Positions 11,893 to 25,518 are shown, counted from the stretch's first letter. The stretch is DNA of 64,000 nt from Paraspadella gotoi (GCA_051294375.1 CM119267.1:6251992-6315991), one strand, 5' to 3'. A program made the numbers and translations. Notes: generated by a model not told the origin, from the letters alone.

Positions 11893-12332
11893 TATGAAAT
11901 TGGTACAACCAATATAAAAATTATCCATTCATTTAATAAATAAGCTATCTTGCCCCTGACTTTGGACAGGCTTTGGTGGTTTAAGGCCTCCATCACTCTT
12001 ACAAGATAATGACATAGCAGGTCCCTGCAAGCTTTCAATCAAGACTCTCTCACAGTCTCGTTTATTCACTCCCAGAGTACCTGGCTTCCCTATCAATGAA
12101 GTGGTATAATATTTCAAAGAATGTTTCAATTGTATGAAAAGACCACTCCCTTAAGTATTAGATCGGGGAATACTTATTGTACTCCGCACTAGCATCAAAA
12201 TACAAGGAGCTGAATTTTATGAAATTGGTACAACCAATATAAAAATTATCCATTCATTTAATAAATAAGCTATCTTGCCCCTGACTTTGGACAGGCTTTG
12301 GTGGTTTAAGGCCTCCATCACTCTTACAAGAT
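11893..12332. repeat. Partial tandem repeat: a 115-bp segment at 11893-12007 and again at 12218-12332 (period 325 bp); member of a dispersed family
   Basis: tatgaaattggtacaacc...ctcttacaagat occurs twice and looks identical by eye. A diverged inverted homolog lies at 41844-42000. Confidence 0.85.
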
Positions 12333-12697
12333 TACTGTATTACTGTGAATCAAAAATAATAGTTTCCTATTCTTGGAACTATTGTATTTGTGGCTGTGAC
12401 TTTTTGAATTTTACATTATTTGCTGTTTATTATTAGCTTTAGTTCTTGTTCTCGATTTTATTTTGTATCTTTACTCTTTAGTGTATTATTTCTCGGATTA
12501 TTTCTCGTATTATTACTCGGATTTTAATAAGGAAGCTCGCATAGCAGATCACATATTCTACATTTTGTAAGCAAGAAAATTTGTCTCGCTGCAGCTAGCC
12601 CTTTTGGTTTTTTTTTTTTTTTTGTCTGTTTATTAAACAGATATCTACGTACATAAGTAAATTATGATGATTTAATTCGATGTTTTGACTTTCGAAA

Positions 12698-15600
12698 ATG
12701 TCCGGGAAATATTTCCCACATTACAACGACGTTAACCGATCGGCGGAAAAATGCATTCGTTCCATCGCCGAGCAGGGTGATCACGTCTCGCTCAGGTGAG
12801 GACAATCAGTTATCATTTCATTGATTAGTTTTAAGAATTATGTTATTTATAAGATTTAAAACTGACAGCGCCATCGAGCGGGCCTTGACGCGCGAATATG
12901 GAGTCTCCTCCATCAATGGCGTCGGCCTTCGACGCCTCGAGGATCTCTCCTGCGTGCGGGAACACGCCAAACTCTTGGATCGCGTCTCCACCTTCGCCGG
13001 CGTCTTCGTCAACGTCTTCTCCATCGCGACTCTCGACGCCCTCGAGGAATGCCTCTTGGAATTCTCGCCGGGCGGACCTAGGAGGGGATGGAAGGCTCTC
13101 ATGTGGGAACGCGTTTTCCGATTGATTTTTAAGTCGTTTAGTTTAAAGGTTAATTGAACATCACAAAGTACAAATGTTCCGACAGGTTGGGCCCTTTGGA
13201 GAAAATAGGCGCCGTTCGAGAAGCTTTTCAAGTTCCTTCCCACGTGACGAAAATTAGACGAATTTCTACGGCGGATGTCGTTCGCCATCTACAGGACTAT
13301 CTCTCTCGGTGAATTTTTTATGTTTGTAGATATACTCGCGAATACTCAGGAATTGTCCGATTTGAAGAGACAGTGATAATTGTTATGTGTTAATGACAGA
13401 ACCGTTCAATATAAGCAGTCCCTGAGCTTCGGATCAGGCTGTAACACCGTGTTACAGGCGGGTTAAGCGCCCCGTCCCTCTTAACTGCTAGGCGACCACC
13501 GGGCTAGAACCCCGGACCTTTGGGTTGGGAGGCGAATGACTTGCCTCCGGCACCAATGGCCGCTGATGAACGGTTGGTGGATTTTAGTCCACCATAGATT
13601 GCTTATTTATCCCTACCCCTCTTTTTTTTTTCCGAGAAACGGTCTTTGGTCGGGCGTGGTGGATCCCCGTGATTTTTCCTCCTTCCTGCGTCGCCACCTC
13701 GGAGTCGGCGATAACGAGTATCTCGGCGTACGCGTCTCCTCGACGATCTTGGCCACGCAGTCCTTCAAAAAGGCTCATCGAGACCTGGAGTCGTTCAAGG
13801 TCAAATTCAGGTTCGAACTCCAGGTCAGTCCCGGATTTTCGCGATCTTTCCCCGATATTTTAAAAGGTTCAGTTTTTAACGTTGCTTTCGCTCTTTCCAG
13901 GCGGGCCTCGATCAGATGCGATCGCAGTTAATCGGTCGTCACTCTTACAACGTCGGTATGGATTTGAAAATTCGCTACTGCGAAATGGACTCCGTCTCCG
14001 TCATTACCGATGTTTTACGCAAATACCATTTGCTCATGTCCGCCGCAGCCTATAAAAAGTTATCGAAGAAGGAGCGAAGGTAAGAAATAAAACTTTTTTT
14101 TTTTTCATTGATAATTAATTTCCTCCGTCGTTTCCTTTTTTTGTTTAGATTGAGTCAAGTCTTGGAGAATTTTTTGGAAATCCTCGACACTCGCGACGAT
14201 CTTTCCTACATCGTAGTTCGCAAGCTCCTTCAGACGGCCATCTGCGCCTCCAAGATGGAGTCCCCCGGTGACGTCGCCAAAGTCCTCGGCATCGACGCCT
14301 CACAACTCGGAGGCGGTTCGTCCGCGGACCCGCGCGCGGGCGACGCTGTCAGCAGCACCACTTCCCGACCGTCGCCGACCGTCTCCGACGTCACCCGCAA
14401 ACTCGTCGAGCTAACCGATCGGTGTGTGTCGCAAGGCTCGTTGACGCTGACCCAATTGGCGCGCATCGAGGAAAAACTGGCGGAATTTTTCGGATTTCCC
14501 GACTTTTCGTCGCTCGGGTTCGGCAGCTTCCTTTCCTTCTTGACGAAACAACCGGAGCCGAAACGCGTCGTCGAGCATCTTCTCGGCGAGACTCTCAGCA
14601 TCCTTGGTGGCGGAGGTGGAGGAGAAGGGACGCGCTTTTCCCCTTCTCACGAAAACGTCCTCGCCTTCGTCAGACAATGTCAAGTGACTTCGACGCAATC
14701 GCCCAAAATCGTCGAGGATGCCCTTTGCGAGTATTACGGATTAGCGGACGCAAAGGCGCTGGGTTTCGGGCCACTGGACAAACTCATTGCCGCTGCAGCG
14801 GCCGACTCGTCCACCGATTCCGTTCCTTCCGCTTCCGATCGCGTTTACTACGAAAAAGCTCTCTGCGCTAAAAGCAGCTCCTATGCGGGGCCACTCCTGA
14901 ACCGCGCTCGTCACGCGCAGGAAGGGCAACGACTGGTAGGCGTCATGGGAGCGATGACGCGAGAAAAAGCAATTGCCTGCCTCGACAGTTGTCCGTCGCT
15001 CTTCGACCTCGAAGAGTGGACGCAGTGGTCACGAGTTTTTGAGCCGCAGTTCGGGTCATTGAAGGAATTCCTCGCCAAAGGTCAGAATCAATCGAAAAGC
15101 GAAAAATCTCCCATTGTTGCTCTCGAATCTCAACCGGGCGTTTTGCTCAAACTTCCCTCCGAATCGTCTCCCGAAGCTTTCGGGAAAGCTGTTGAACTCC
15201 TTGACGCTCGAGTTGCTTGTGGTCAGTTGACCCACCTCGTGGCTACTTCGTTCGGGCCCTCCAACGCGCCACTCGTTCTTTTAGCCAACCACACTCAAGC
15301 AGCTCTGCAAAAGGCTGAAGCTGCGTCTTCTGGCACTCACGCGTCTCAGCCTTCGTCGGCAATTAAATTTGTCTTCAATTGCTTGCAGCTTTTACCGTTT
15401 AATATTGCCTCGGCGACGGCGGCCCAAGTCTTTGTCGGACCGTTGGGCCTCGTCGTTGGCTCATCTCTGTCCAAACAGCGTATTCTCGACCTCGCGAAGC
15501 AACCCAAGCAGCTATCCAAGCTGCAGCATCTTGGCTGGCTCATGGGCATTACAGAATGGTCGAGCACATTCTCTGGGCGGATCGAAGGCGAAAGCGAGCC

Positions 15601-18600
15601 TGTTCTTGTTCAAAGGCAATCGGTCACACGAACTCAACCGGCGAAGTTTCGTCGAAAAAATCGTTCTGCGTCCGAGTCTCCGTTTGCCCCGCAGCCCTCC
15701 AAATCCTCGTCGGATCCTTTTGCTCCTCAACCTAGCAGAACCGCTGTCGCAAGCGACGATGACGACGAAAACGACGATCTAACTCTCGACTTACTTGACA
15801 AGGATCCTTTGGATTCGGACGATGAGGAGGAAGAGAAGGCGAAAATGGATTCGACGAAATCCGACAACGCGTCTGCCGATGTAGATCCCTCGGCTTCTCT
15901 TTCCATTCAGAGCTGCCGTGATTTGATCGAGGAGATACGCCGAAACGAGTTCGGGATCGGAGTTGAAATGTCCGAGGTCGCCGCCAAGCTGCTGGCTGTG
16001 CAACAAGCGCGTCTTGGACGGAGCCTGGAGCGACTCTCCAAAGACCTCTACACCAAGGATACTCACTTTGTCTTAGAACTTATTCAAAACGCCGACGACA
16101 ACGCCTACGACCGCTCCGTCGCTCCTTCGCTAGAGTTCGTCCTCGAAGCTGACAAAATTCTCGTTCGCAACAACGAGCGCGGATTTAATCCCGACGACGT
16201 CCGCGCCATCTGCGACGTCGGCAACTCGACCAAGGGCCGCGTCAAGGGCGGATACATTGGACAAAAGGGAATAGGCTTTAAATCCGTCTTTAAGATCTCC
16301 TCAGCGCCGAAGATCCGTTCGGGCGCGTTTTCCTTTGGGTTCGATTCGACACGCGGCCCCGTCGGCTACATTTTGCCCCATTGGGTGGAGAGGGAGGCGA
16401 CGACCGAGGACGATGGATGGACGACGACCTTCTCGCTCCCGGTGGCCCAAGATCGAATTGCCGAGTCTAAATCCAGGTTTTTGGACATTCGCTCAACGTT
16501 GCTTCTCTTTTTGCACAAGATCATCGTTCTTCGAGTCGTTGACCGAGTTTCAGGTAATTTATAACTGAGGTGTATCTATATAATTCTGCGTTTCATAATA
16601 AAATCTAGTTTGTAGTATAGAAACATTATTAAAAAATTATTATAAAACTTATTAAAATCATAAATATTAAATATTTTAAAATCTATAAAACTTAAGATAG
16701 TGATTTTTCGATTTTGATTTCTAAAAAAAAATGTTATTGGATAGGCCTCATTATCGACATAAAAAAGGAAGAGGAGAAGATCGGCGATGCTCATGTAGTG
16801 ACACTAACACAAACGACGACAGAAACGATCGCGTCGACAGCTGAGTCTACTTCGACGTCCAAATCCACGGTCGAATCACATCGCTGGCTCGTTGCAAAGA
16901 AACGACTTAAAGTATCCGACCTTCCAGCCTCTCGTTCCGCTCGCCCCACGGATCGTGTCCTTGTCACGGAACTTGCGTTGGCGTTTCCGGTATCTCGGAT
17001 ACGCCCCGATCGACGCGAGCCGCTCCCGGTGTTCTCATTCCTTCCTTTGCGCTCCTTCGGGCTCGAATTCGTCGTCCAAGCAGACTTCGACGTCCCGTCG
17101 TCGCGGGAAGATCTCGATGCCGACTCGCCGTGGAACCAGTGGCTCTTGTCTCACGTCCCGTCGCTTTTTGTGGAATCCCTGGCGTTGTTTCGAGCCGTCA
17201 CTCGAAACGATGCCGTCGCCGCCGTAGAGAAGGTGATACCATTCTTGCCGTCGTCCCTCGTTGCGGAGGAACCCTTTCTGACTGTTGCCAAAAAGATACT
17301 CGCCGGGTTGCGTCGATCTTCGTGGATTCCGATTCGCGCGGAGGAAAACGACGCGGAATCCGCTCTCCCTTCGCTCCGTCTTCCCTGCGAAACCGCCGTC
17401 GCCACCGACCCTTGTGTCGCTGACGTGGTCGATTCCGGTCTCCTCCGCAGAGTCTTTGGCCTTGCATTCGTCGACGAGAGAGTGGAGAAGGTACTTCGAT
17501 CCCGCTCCGACATCGACGTTATCGCAGCCCTGGGAATTCAGGTTTTGGGTCTCCCGCACCTTTTGCAAATCGGGCCCAACGTCGCCGAGCAAGGAAATGC
17601 CAAGCGAATTCTCGGCTGGCTTTATTCCGTCTCTAAAATGGGATTCGCCGAAGATGCTAGGGATAACTATCTCAGTGAATCAACAGTGGAAACGATCAAA
17701 GGGCTTCCAGTGATTCCTTTATCGGACAACAGATTCGTCAGCTTTCGAGACTGCGCCTCGGTTTATTTTCCTCGCGTCGATGCCGAAATGGATGAAGATT
17801 GTTTGATCCGCGAGTTGGAAAGAGATTTGGAGACTGTCGCCCAAGACGCCATCGACGACTCGGGACCTGGATGGCACGTACGGAGGCTGTTAAAAGAAGT
17901 GGGCGTCAAGGAGCAAAAGCCGAAGGATATCATCGCTGATCACATTTTGCCCACGCTCGCGGACGAAGAGGCTTTGAAGAAGAAGTCGAGGCGAACCATA
18001 GTTAGTTACTTGGTTTATCTCAAGGATCAGTGGGTCAAAAAGATTTTTAATCCTTGCGAGGGAAACTTTCTCGACGTTGTGAAAATCGCCACAAATCGCG
18101 GATTAACTAATCCTCGTCAAGTCGCCGTTCATTTTGGTCCGGAGTTGGGAAACGCCCTGGATCTCGTCTCCGCATTTCCCGCGTATTCTTGGATCCTCGT
18201 TGATCCCGTTTATTTGGAGGGAACGACCTCGACCTTTGAAATTTCCGTTTGGCGGGATTTTTTTCATTTGCTCGGAGTCCGTGACTTCATTAACGTAAAG
18301 GAAGACTCTAGAATTAGGACTGTCAAAGATATTTTAGATTCTCCCGACGGCGAAGACTTTGTTTCCGCGTCTCCTCTCCTTGATATTTCACATGACGCCG
18401 ACGAAGATGTAACTATTGTTGACTTTCGCTCCCCTGAACTCGACGCAATTCTCGACTCGTGCGTCCCGCAGACCGGAAGTCCATCCGTTGATGCTCGAGC
18501 CACAACGACGCTACTCTTTGAACTGCTTGAGCGTGATTGGACGAACAGCTATGCAAAGTTTACTGAGAAAACTTTGACTATCGGCAACAACGCGATACGA

Positions 18601-21523
18601 CTTCCCTCCTCATTTTCCCATCGTTTACTCGACGTAGAATGGATTCCGACCTTATTTTACAAAACCGTTAGCGGTGAAACTGTTGCGCGGGAGTGCTTTA
18701 TGTCCGCGCGGTCCGGAATTTTTGTGCGTACGACGGATGTTGTGACGCTTTGTGGAGATCATGTTCCCTATCTGGCCCCAGGAACCTCAAAGATCAAACA
18801 CTACTCTTCGGAGTTTTGCAAATTTTTAGATATTGCTTCCCGCGTAACTCCTGAAAAAATGGTCGATTTGTTAAAAACGTGGAGTTCTCGGGTGGAGATT
18901 GGAAAACCCCGTGAATTTTCCACATCCCAAGCTCACATCCTCGGCGTTTACAACTTTCTTCACCAGGAGTTGCCATTGAAGACTTTCCGAGAACTTTTGT
19001 TCGGTGGGCCAGCTATTTTCGTACCGCGGCAGCAAAAAAAGTTGAAAGAGATCGTCGATGGGATATTTTTGGGTGGACGAGAGGTGTGTTGGAAAGATCC
19101 TTCTAAGACATTCAAAAAATACCGTTCGATTCTCCTATCGCAACCGGAACTCGACGTCCCGGCCAAACATGCCCTCAATGAAGTCTACCCTCTTCTAAAC
19201 TCTAAGGAGCTCTTCACGCAGGCGGGCGTGTCGGAGACTCCCTCCGTCAAGGAATACTTGAGGATGCTCCAGTTTGTCACCAAACTGTCGGCGCCCGTCG
19301 TCTCCCTCGACGTTGGCCTCGACGTCCGTCACGTTTTCGACGCTTTAGGATTTGTCCTTATGCAAGCGAAGGATTCCTGTCTCTATGACGAAGATTGGTT
19401 CGAAGTGAGAGACCGCTTCCGCGATCAGCTTCAGACGCTCGTCGTTATTCCCACGAAGAGGAACCTTTTTGTGTCGTTGAACGAACGTCCTTTTATTTCC
19501 GACGACCCGACCCTGGAAAGAATCTTTGGTGGAACTTGCCACCTCGTCGCCGGTGAAGACGTCGTCTCCGAAACACCTTCAGGCGTCGGATTTTTCCTGA
19601 CGGAACTTTGTCAGTTGGCGACGCTCAGTTCCCGAGTGACGAAAAAGTTAAAGGAAGCTGCGCGATCGACTTTCGACTCAGAAAAACAGAGAATGTGGGG
19701 TAAAATCGTTCCCTTTGTTCAGCGTTATCTTTTAACTCACTTTCGTCGGTTTTACGAAGACATTCCGGAAAAAGATCCTCGTCTGGTTTCACTGATTCGA
19801 GATTTGAAAGTCTTTTCCGCCGAGAAATTGACTGTGAGATTCACTCTGAGACGTGAAGACGACGACGAGGCATTGGAGCGTGAATGCGAAGAAAAAGCGC
19901 TCTGGATCGACGACTCTTTACTCTTGAATTCCAGCGATGTTTCCGATGCCGAAACGCTGATGGAAATGTACCGCGTCGTTGCCGGACGAATTTGCGGTTT
20001 TGACGCCGTCGTTCGCAAATCCTTGTTCCTCTTTCTTTCCGAATTGGGTCCACTGACTTTGAGCGGCGACGGAGCGAGAATAGAGGAAAGATATCGTCTC
20101 GAGGAAATCCCGACGGAGGAAGCGAAATGGTCGTCGTCGGAATATGATCGCTGCCAGTCCGTCGTCGTTCCGCTGGTGACGCCCTCGGGTGAGAGAGAAG
20201 AAGGCGCCGTGTTAGAGTTAAAGGTGGGCGTCGATGAGCTCATTAGCGACGCGGCTTCATCGGTGGCGGCGGGTTCCATCTCCACGTTGGCTCATCGGCC
20301 GGCAGAAGGCGCCGCCGTTGTTCCGAGCGGCACCGTCGCTTCTTCCTCGGGCGTTCTGCCAAGCGTGGCCAGCGAAGCTACTTATCTCGACACTCTCAGT
20401 GAAGCAGGACGGATCGATGATGGCGATGGTGCCAGTAGCGTTTCTTCTGCTTCTCAAGGCGCCGCAGCTAAAGATGCGCCATCTCAAGAACCGGAAGACG
20501 CCTCATGTCGTACCGAGGCAAGCGCTGTCAGCCGATTGCTGGTGGCCGCCTCGATCTCAAACGCCTCCACGGAAAGGCCATATGAAGACGACATGCCTCC
20601 GCCGAATCGTCCGCCACCTAAACGAAAACTGCAGCGTAACTCCGGCGACTCCGAGACGGATTCGGTGCATGAGAAATCTGCGAGGTTCGAGGATATTGTC
20701 GAAGTTGGCCGGGAGGATGTTGGCGATGAAACCGAAAATCGTACTCTCGAAGAAGCGAGACGCCTCTATTTTTCAAACTCGGCTTGGGACTACGACTTAC
20801 AACGCGATGTGGACTACGAGCACGTCGGATCCGGCGCGGCCTTGCGTTTACCCGAAACTGAAACTTTGATGCGACAAAAGCTGGACGGCGGGAGTCTGCT
20901 CAGGATCGGCCGCTGGGGGGAAGAGCTCGTGTACAAATTTCTTTTGGGGCGGATGAAGCGGCCGGACAGTGGAGTCGTGCAAGTCTCGTGGGCGAACAAG
21001 TTTGGAGAAAGCGGGATGCCTTACGACATCGTCGTTCGGCAGGTACGGTGGGCCAGGGAGGAGTGGATCGTATCTTTGCGATCTGTATTCGATGTGTATA
21101 TGTACATTTTATGTGAAGTTTAAAGATGAATAAAACTTCATTAAAAGTCAGTCTGATGTAAAGTTAAATATTTTTAAAAAATCAATAATTAATAAGTACT
21201 AGGAGCAAAGGAGATTTTTAACATATCATTTAATTTCGATTCTCAACCTAATCATCATCGTTATCCTCATCGTCATCCTCCAGGAGTCAACGGGCGGCGT
21301 CTCAGAGATCGTGTACGTGGAAGTCAAGGCCACGACTTCCGACGAAAGGCAAGTCTTCGAGGTTTCGGCCAACGAGGTCAAATTTGCCGTCGACCAAGGG
21401 GAAAACTATCACCTTTATCGTGTCTTCAACTGCGGAGATCCCGATCGAGTCCGCGTCGCCAAAGTCGTTGACGTTTTCGCCAAACTCGAATCCAAACAGA
21501 TTAAGCTCTGCATGCTCATTTGA
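12698..21523 (+). CDS. NO VEIN-like protein (sacsin-type GHKL ATPase + C-terminal NOV_C/DUF3883), 8 exons: ~12698-12795, 12854-13102, 13186-13308, 13637-13823, 13902-14079, 14149-16554, 16746-21042, 21284-21523
   Basis: LYTKDTHFVLELIQNADDN, NNERGF..DVRAICDVGNSTK, YIGQKGIGFKSVF, FSFLPLRSFGL.FVVQADFDVPSSRE..WNQW, and C-terminal GRWGEE..PYDI..YVEVKAT..FEVSANE..YHLYRV. Repeated F..LGFGP motifs in the N-terminus. Confidence 0.88.
13400..13575 (-). mobile_element. tRNA-derived SINE-like or tRNA-pseudogene element with a structured tail, in NOV intron 13309-13636
   Basis: Minus strand 13563-13491 has an acceptor-like stem GCGGCCA/TGGTCGC, an A-box-like TGGTGCCGGAGG, a B-box-like GGTTCTAGCCC within CCGGG/CCCGG, and a broken anticodon stem (ttcgcctcccaa resembles tRNA-Gly-CCC). 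Flanked by the 9-bp inverted repeat aaccgttca/tgaacggtt. Confidence 0.6.
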
Positions 21524-21652
21524 CTTTAAGTTTACGAAATTTTATTTAACCCCTTTCTGTTCTCCTCATTGCGCTCGGGTTTTTCGATCGTGATTCATGT
21601 CCAGTTTGTCAATTCACGTTTTTGGATTGTTATTTAATATTTATGTTTAGAC

Positions 21653-24602
21653 ATGCGGATTTTATCCAGGCTCTACATCACTTCCATTCGAACAGGGTTC
21701 TTTTGTTTACAACCGACTCACGTCAAGCGTCCTTGTTTTTTCCGATCTGTGACGACAATGTCCCCCGCCCTGGACGAACAAATATTCATGCCGGGCGTGT
21801 TCCTTCGATGGGACTTGACCCCAGAGCAGATCTCCGAGAAGACTGACAGACTCATCGCCAAGTGCAAGGCCTCTTTCGACGCCGTGGGCGGCCTTGCCGA
21901 AACTCCGGAGCGAATCAATATCGACAATGTTCTCAAGGTGTGCAGAATTTCATATGAAATTTATAGGCTTATACGCTTTCTCATTTCGATAATTTTCTTC
22001 TTTATTTTATGTTTTCAGTAAAACTTATCAACCTCTGTTGCACATCACGAATTAATATTTAATATTTATCATAACCATTAACCATTAACCAATTAAATTA
22101 CATATTCATTGCTTGGTAAAATAAGTTTTTTAATGTTAATTTCATATCAGGTTTTAAATTTTGTTGAATGTTGAATTTTGTAGGTCTTGGCTGCGAATGA
22201 TTGCGAAAGCGATACGGAACGAAATCAACTCGACTTTTATCAACACGTTTCGCCCTTTAAAGTACTACGAGATGTAAGTCTACACTCTAGAATTTAGTCC
22301 TAATTTCTTTCCCAATTGCCCATCTTGTTAAAAATTTAAACCCAATTTAGGCGAGCACGGAATCGGACAGAAAGTTGTCCGAGTTCGAAGTGGAGATGTC
22401 CATGAGGGAGGACGTCTTCAAAGCTCTCAAAGCTTTGGACCAGAATGAGCAAGAAAAAAACAAATTGACCAGGGAAGGAAAGAGGTAAAAAAAAATTAAT
22501 CTTTTCAATCGTTGTCTGATCGAATTTGTTAAATATTTCCCCTTTTTTTTAGGTACCTCGAAAGATTAATTTTGCTTGGAAAACGAAACGGTCTTGACTG
22601 CAGCCGAGAGATCCAAGATCAAGTAAAAAATATCAAGAAGAAAATGAGCGAGTTATCTATTGATTACAGGTAAGTTAAATTCTTTTTCATATTTTTATTT
22701 TGACTCACTCGTTTCACTTTTTACTATCGTTTACAGCAAAAACCTCAACGAGGAGAATACCGTGCTTGAATTCTCTCCCGAGGAATTGGCCGGTCTGCCA
22801 TCTGACTTTTTGGAATCCCTGGAGAGAAACCAAACCAACGGCAAATTGAAGTTGACGCTTAAATACCCTCACTACTTTCCCGTTCAGAAAAAGTGCAATG
22901 TTGTTTCTACTCGAGCGATGATGGAGAAAGCTTTTCATGCCCGGTATAATGGAGCCGACCTTGTTATTTTATCAGAATCTCTTTCACTTTATCCATATTT
23001 TTATTTTCTTTGTTTCCCAAACTCTCGCTCCTTTAGCTGCCTTCACGAAAACACTCGCATCCTGGAAGACTTAATCAAATTGCGCGTCGAGCAGTCGCGC
23101 CTCTTGAATTACGCGACCCACGCAGATTTCGTCCTTGAGATGCGAATGGCCAAAAGCCCCAAGAACGTCGTCGATTTTCTACAAGATCTTCAACAAAAGC
23201 TTCAGCCTCTTAAGCAGAAAGAGTTCGAGCAGTTCCTTAAATTCAAGAAAGAGGAAGCCGCCAAAATTGGATTTCCAGACGACGGTGGGTTTAGGAATAT
23301 ATTTTTTTAGAATTCTTCATTCTTCATGGGACATAGTGGACATAGTGGAGCTAATGATCGAAACTCTTTCTCTATTTCCAGAGAAGGTCAACCCGTACGA
23401 CATGCGTTACTACATGACGATGGCCGAGGAGCGCCTCTACGCAGTCAACCAGCAAAAGCTTAAGGAATACTTTCCTCTCGATAAAGTGACCGAGGGTCTT
23501 CTCGAAATCTACCAGAAGCTGCTCAACCTCAAGTTCACGCGGGTGAACGAACCCGACGTCTGGCACGAGGACGTCTCCTTTTATTCTGTCAAGGACGCCG
23601 ACGACGAGACTCTTCTCGGCTACTTCTACTTGGACCTTCATCCTCGAGAAGGGAAATACGGCCACGCCGCTTGCTTTGGCCTGCAACCCGGTTGCCTAAA
23701 TGGTGCCGACAGACAGGTGAAATTGGAGAGCGTAAATTGATAAGGGGACAAAATTTTTTTTTTACTTTGACGTAATCTTTCATTTGAGATCTGAAATATT
23801 GATAATGTCACAGGTTGCCGTGTCGGCAATGGTGGCCAACTTTTCCAAACCGACGCCAGGAAAACCAGCGTTGCTTCTCCATGACGAAGTCACCACGTTT
23901 TTCCACGAGTTCGGTCACGTGATGCACCATATCTGCGCTCGGGCGGAATATGCGCTCTTCGCCGGCTCCAAGGTCGAACGCGACTTCGTGGAGGCCCCGT
24001 CGCAGATGCTGGAGAACTGGTGCTGGGAAAAGGAACCGCTACGCATGATGTCGGGCCACTACTTGAACGGATCCGCCATCCCCGAAGATCTGCTAGACAA
24101 GCTCATTGCCTCCAAGATCGCCAACGCTGGCACCTTCAACCTTCGTCAGATTCTTCTGGGCACTTTTGACCAGAAAATTCATTCCACTGGCGATGCCGAC
24201 GCCCGAGTCGAAACGGCAGCTCTTTTCTCGCGGTTGGGCGAGTCCATCATGGGGATACCCGCGACTCCCGAGACCAACATGGCCGCCTCCTTCGGCCACC
24301 TGGCGGGAGGTTACGACGCCCAGTATTACGGGTACATGTGGAGCGAGGTTTTCTGCATGGACATGTTTTCTTCCAGGTAAAAAAAACGGTGAAAATTGCT
24401 AGCGTTAGGAACTGTCTTCATTTTAAAACTCTCGATCAGGTTTAAAAAAGAGGGAGTGATGAATCCCGCCGTGGGTAAGGATTACCGTCGCTGCATTCTC
24501 GAGCCGGGTGGATCCCGCGACGCCACCGACATGTTGAAGAATTTCTTGGGCCGTGAACCTTCCAACGAAGCTTTCCTTATTAGCAAGGGTCTCACCGTCT
24601 GA
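21653..24602 (+). CDS. THOP1: Thimet oligopeptidase / neurolysin (M3A metallopeptidase), about 9 exons
   Basis: [23 protein letters not shown], zinc motif [64 protein letters not shown]1 and NLN cannot be distinguished here. Confidence 0.93.
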
Positions 24603-25518
24603 TTATATTTTTCCTTCAATTTGATCATTCGAGTGTTTTAATATTTTGCTTTGTCATATCAAGTGATATATTTGGCCTCCGCGGATATGTTTATTCTGTT
24701 TAGTTATTTCATCTTGAGCCGATCCTATTATCGATTTTGCCAAATGTTATAACGAAGGCACCCTTTGTTTTTTATTTCCCGTTTCTGAGGCTTTTGTTTT
24801 TTTTAGGAAAACAAATTTATACGTACTACGTCGTGGGTGATTTATTAAATAATAATTTTTTAATTTTTCTTATATCCGCTCAATATTTTTTTAAATTTAA
24901 AAAATTTTAAAGCTTGTTAGTGTTAGTTAGGTTTCTTCATTATTAAAAGTAAAAATAGGCTGTCAAGTAGAGCAATTTTTTTTGCAGAAAGGTGCTTCTG
25001 TGAAGACTATAAAGTCATTAGACACAAATAGTTGGTTCGCGCAACAAAATAGATTTTTATTTTTCTTTCATATACGGCTTTGTAAGCGTTTTGTAGAAAA
25101 TAATTACTCGTACTAGGAATTTACTTAATTAGTGGAAAACCGAGAGAAATTCACCAACCGTAGTTTTCGTGATCAGCTTAGCTTGTATATAACTCTCCCT
25201 TCTTATACTTGATTGGTATATATTAGACAAATACCAGTAATAGACTAATGGACTAATGGTCTTTTTTTCTTTCGAGGTTTTGTTAAAAAAGTATGTACTA
25301 CTAACTGTTGTTTGTTTTTTTCTCAGGCCTTTTCTCGAAAGAACGTAAAAGCAAATTGTTATTGTTCCAAGTTTGTATTAACAAATTTAAGGATGTTTGG
25401 TCGGATTATTTATGAACCGGTGTATCCAATTACGACAAGAAAGAGTAGTTCCCGATTGTCGTTTCTTGTTAAGTTCACTCAAGCCTCCCTATCTTCAGCG
25501 TCTACAGTATCTCGCACC

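Noticed and set aside
11893-12332. CRISPR array or intact LTR retrotransposon
   Set aside because: Only two long repeats, a eukaryotic context, no PBS/PPT or TSD seen, and no coding interior.
13491-13563. Functional tRNA-Gly gene
   Set aside because: The anticodon and D stems do not pair and the T-loop is non-canonical, so it is treated as a tRNA-derived element.
13560-13600. CTGATGA followed by a tggtgg/ccacca hairpin, as a third hammerhead
   Set aside because: No GAAA core segment or stem III follows.
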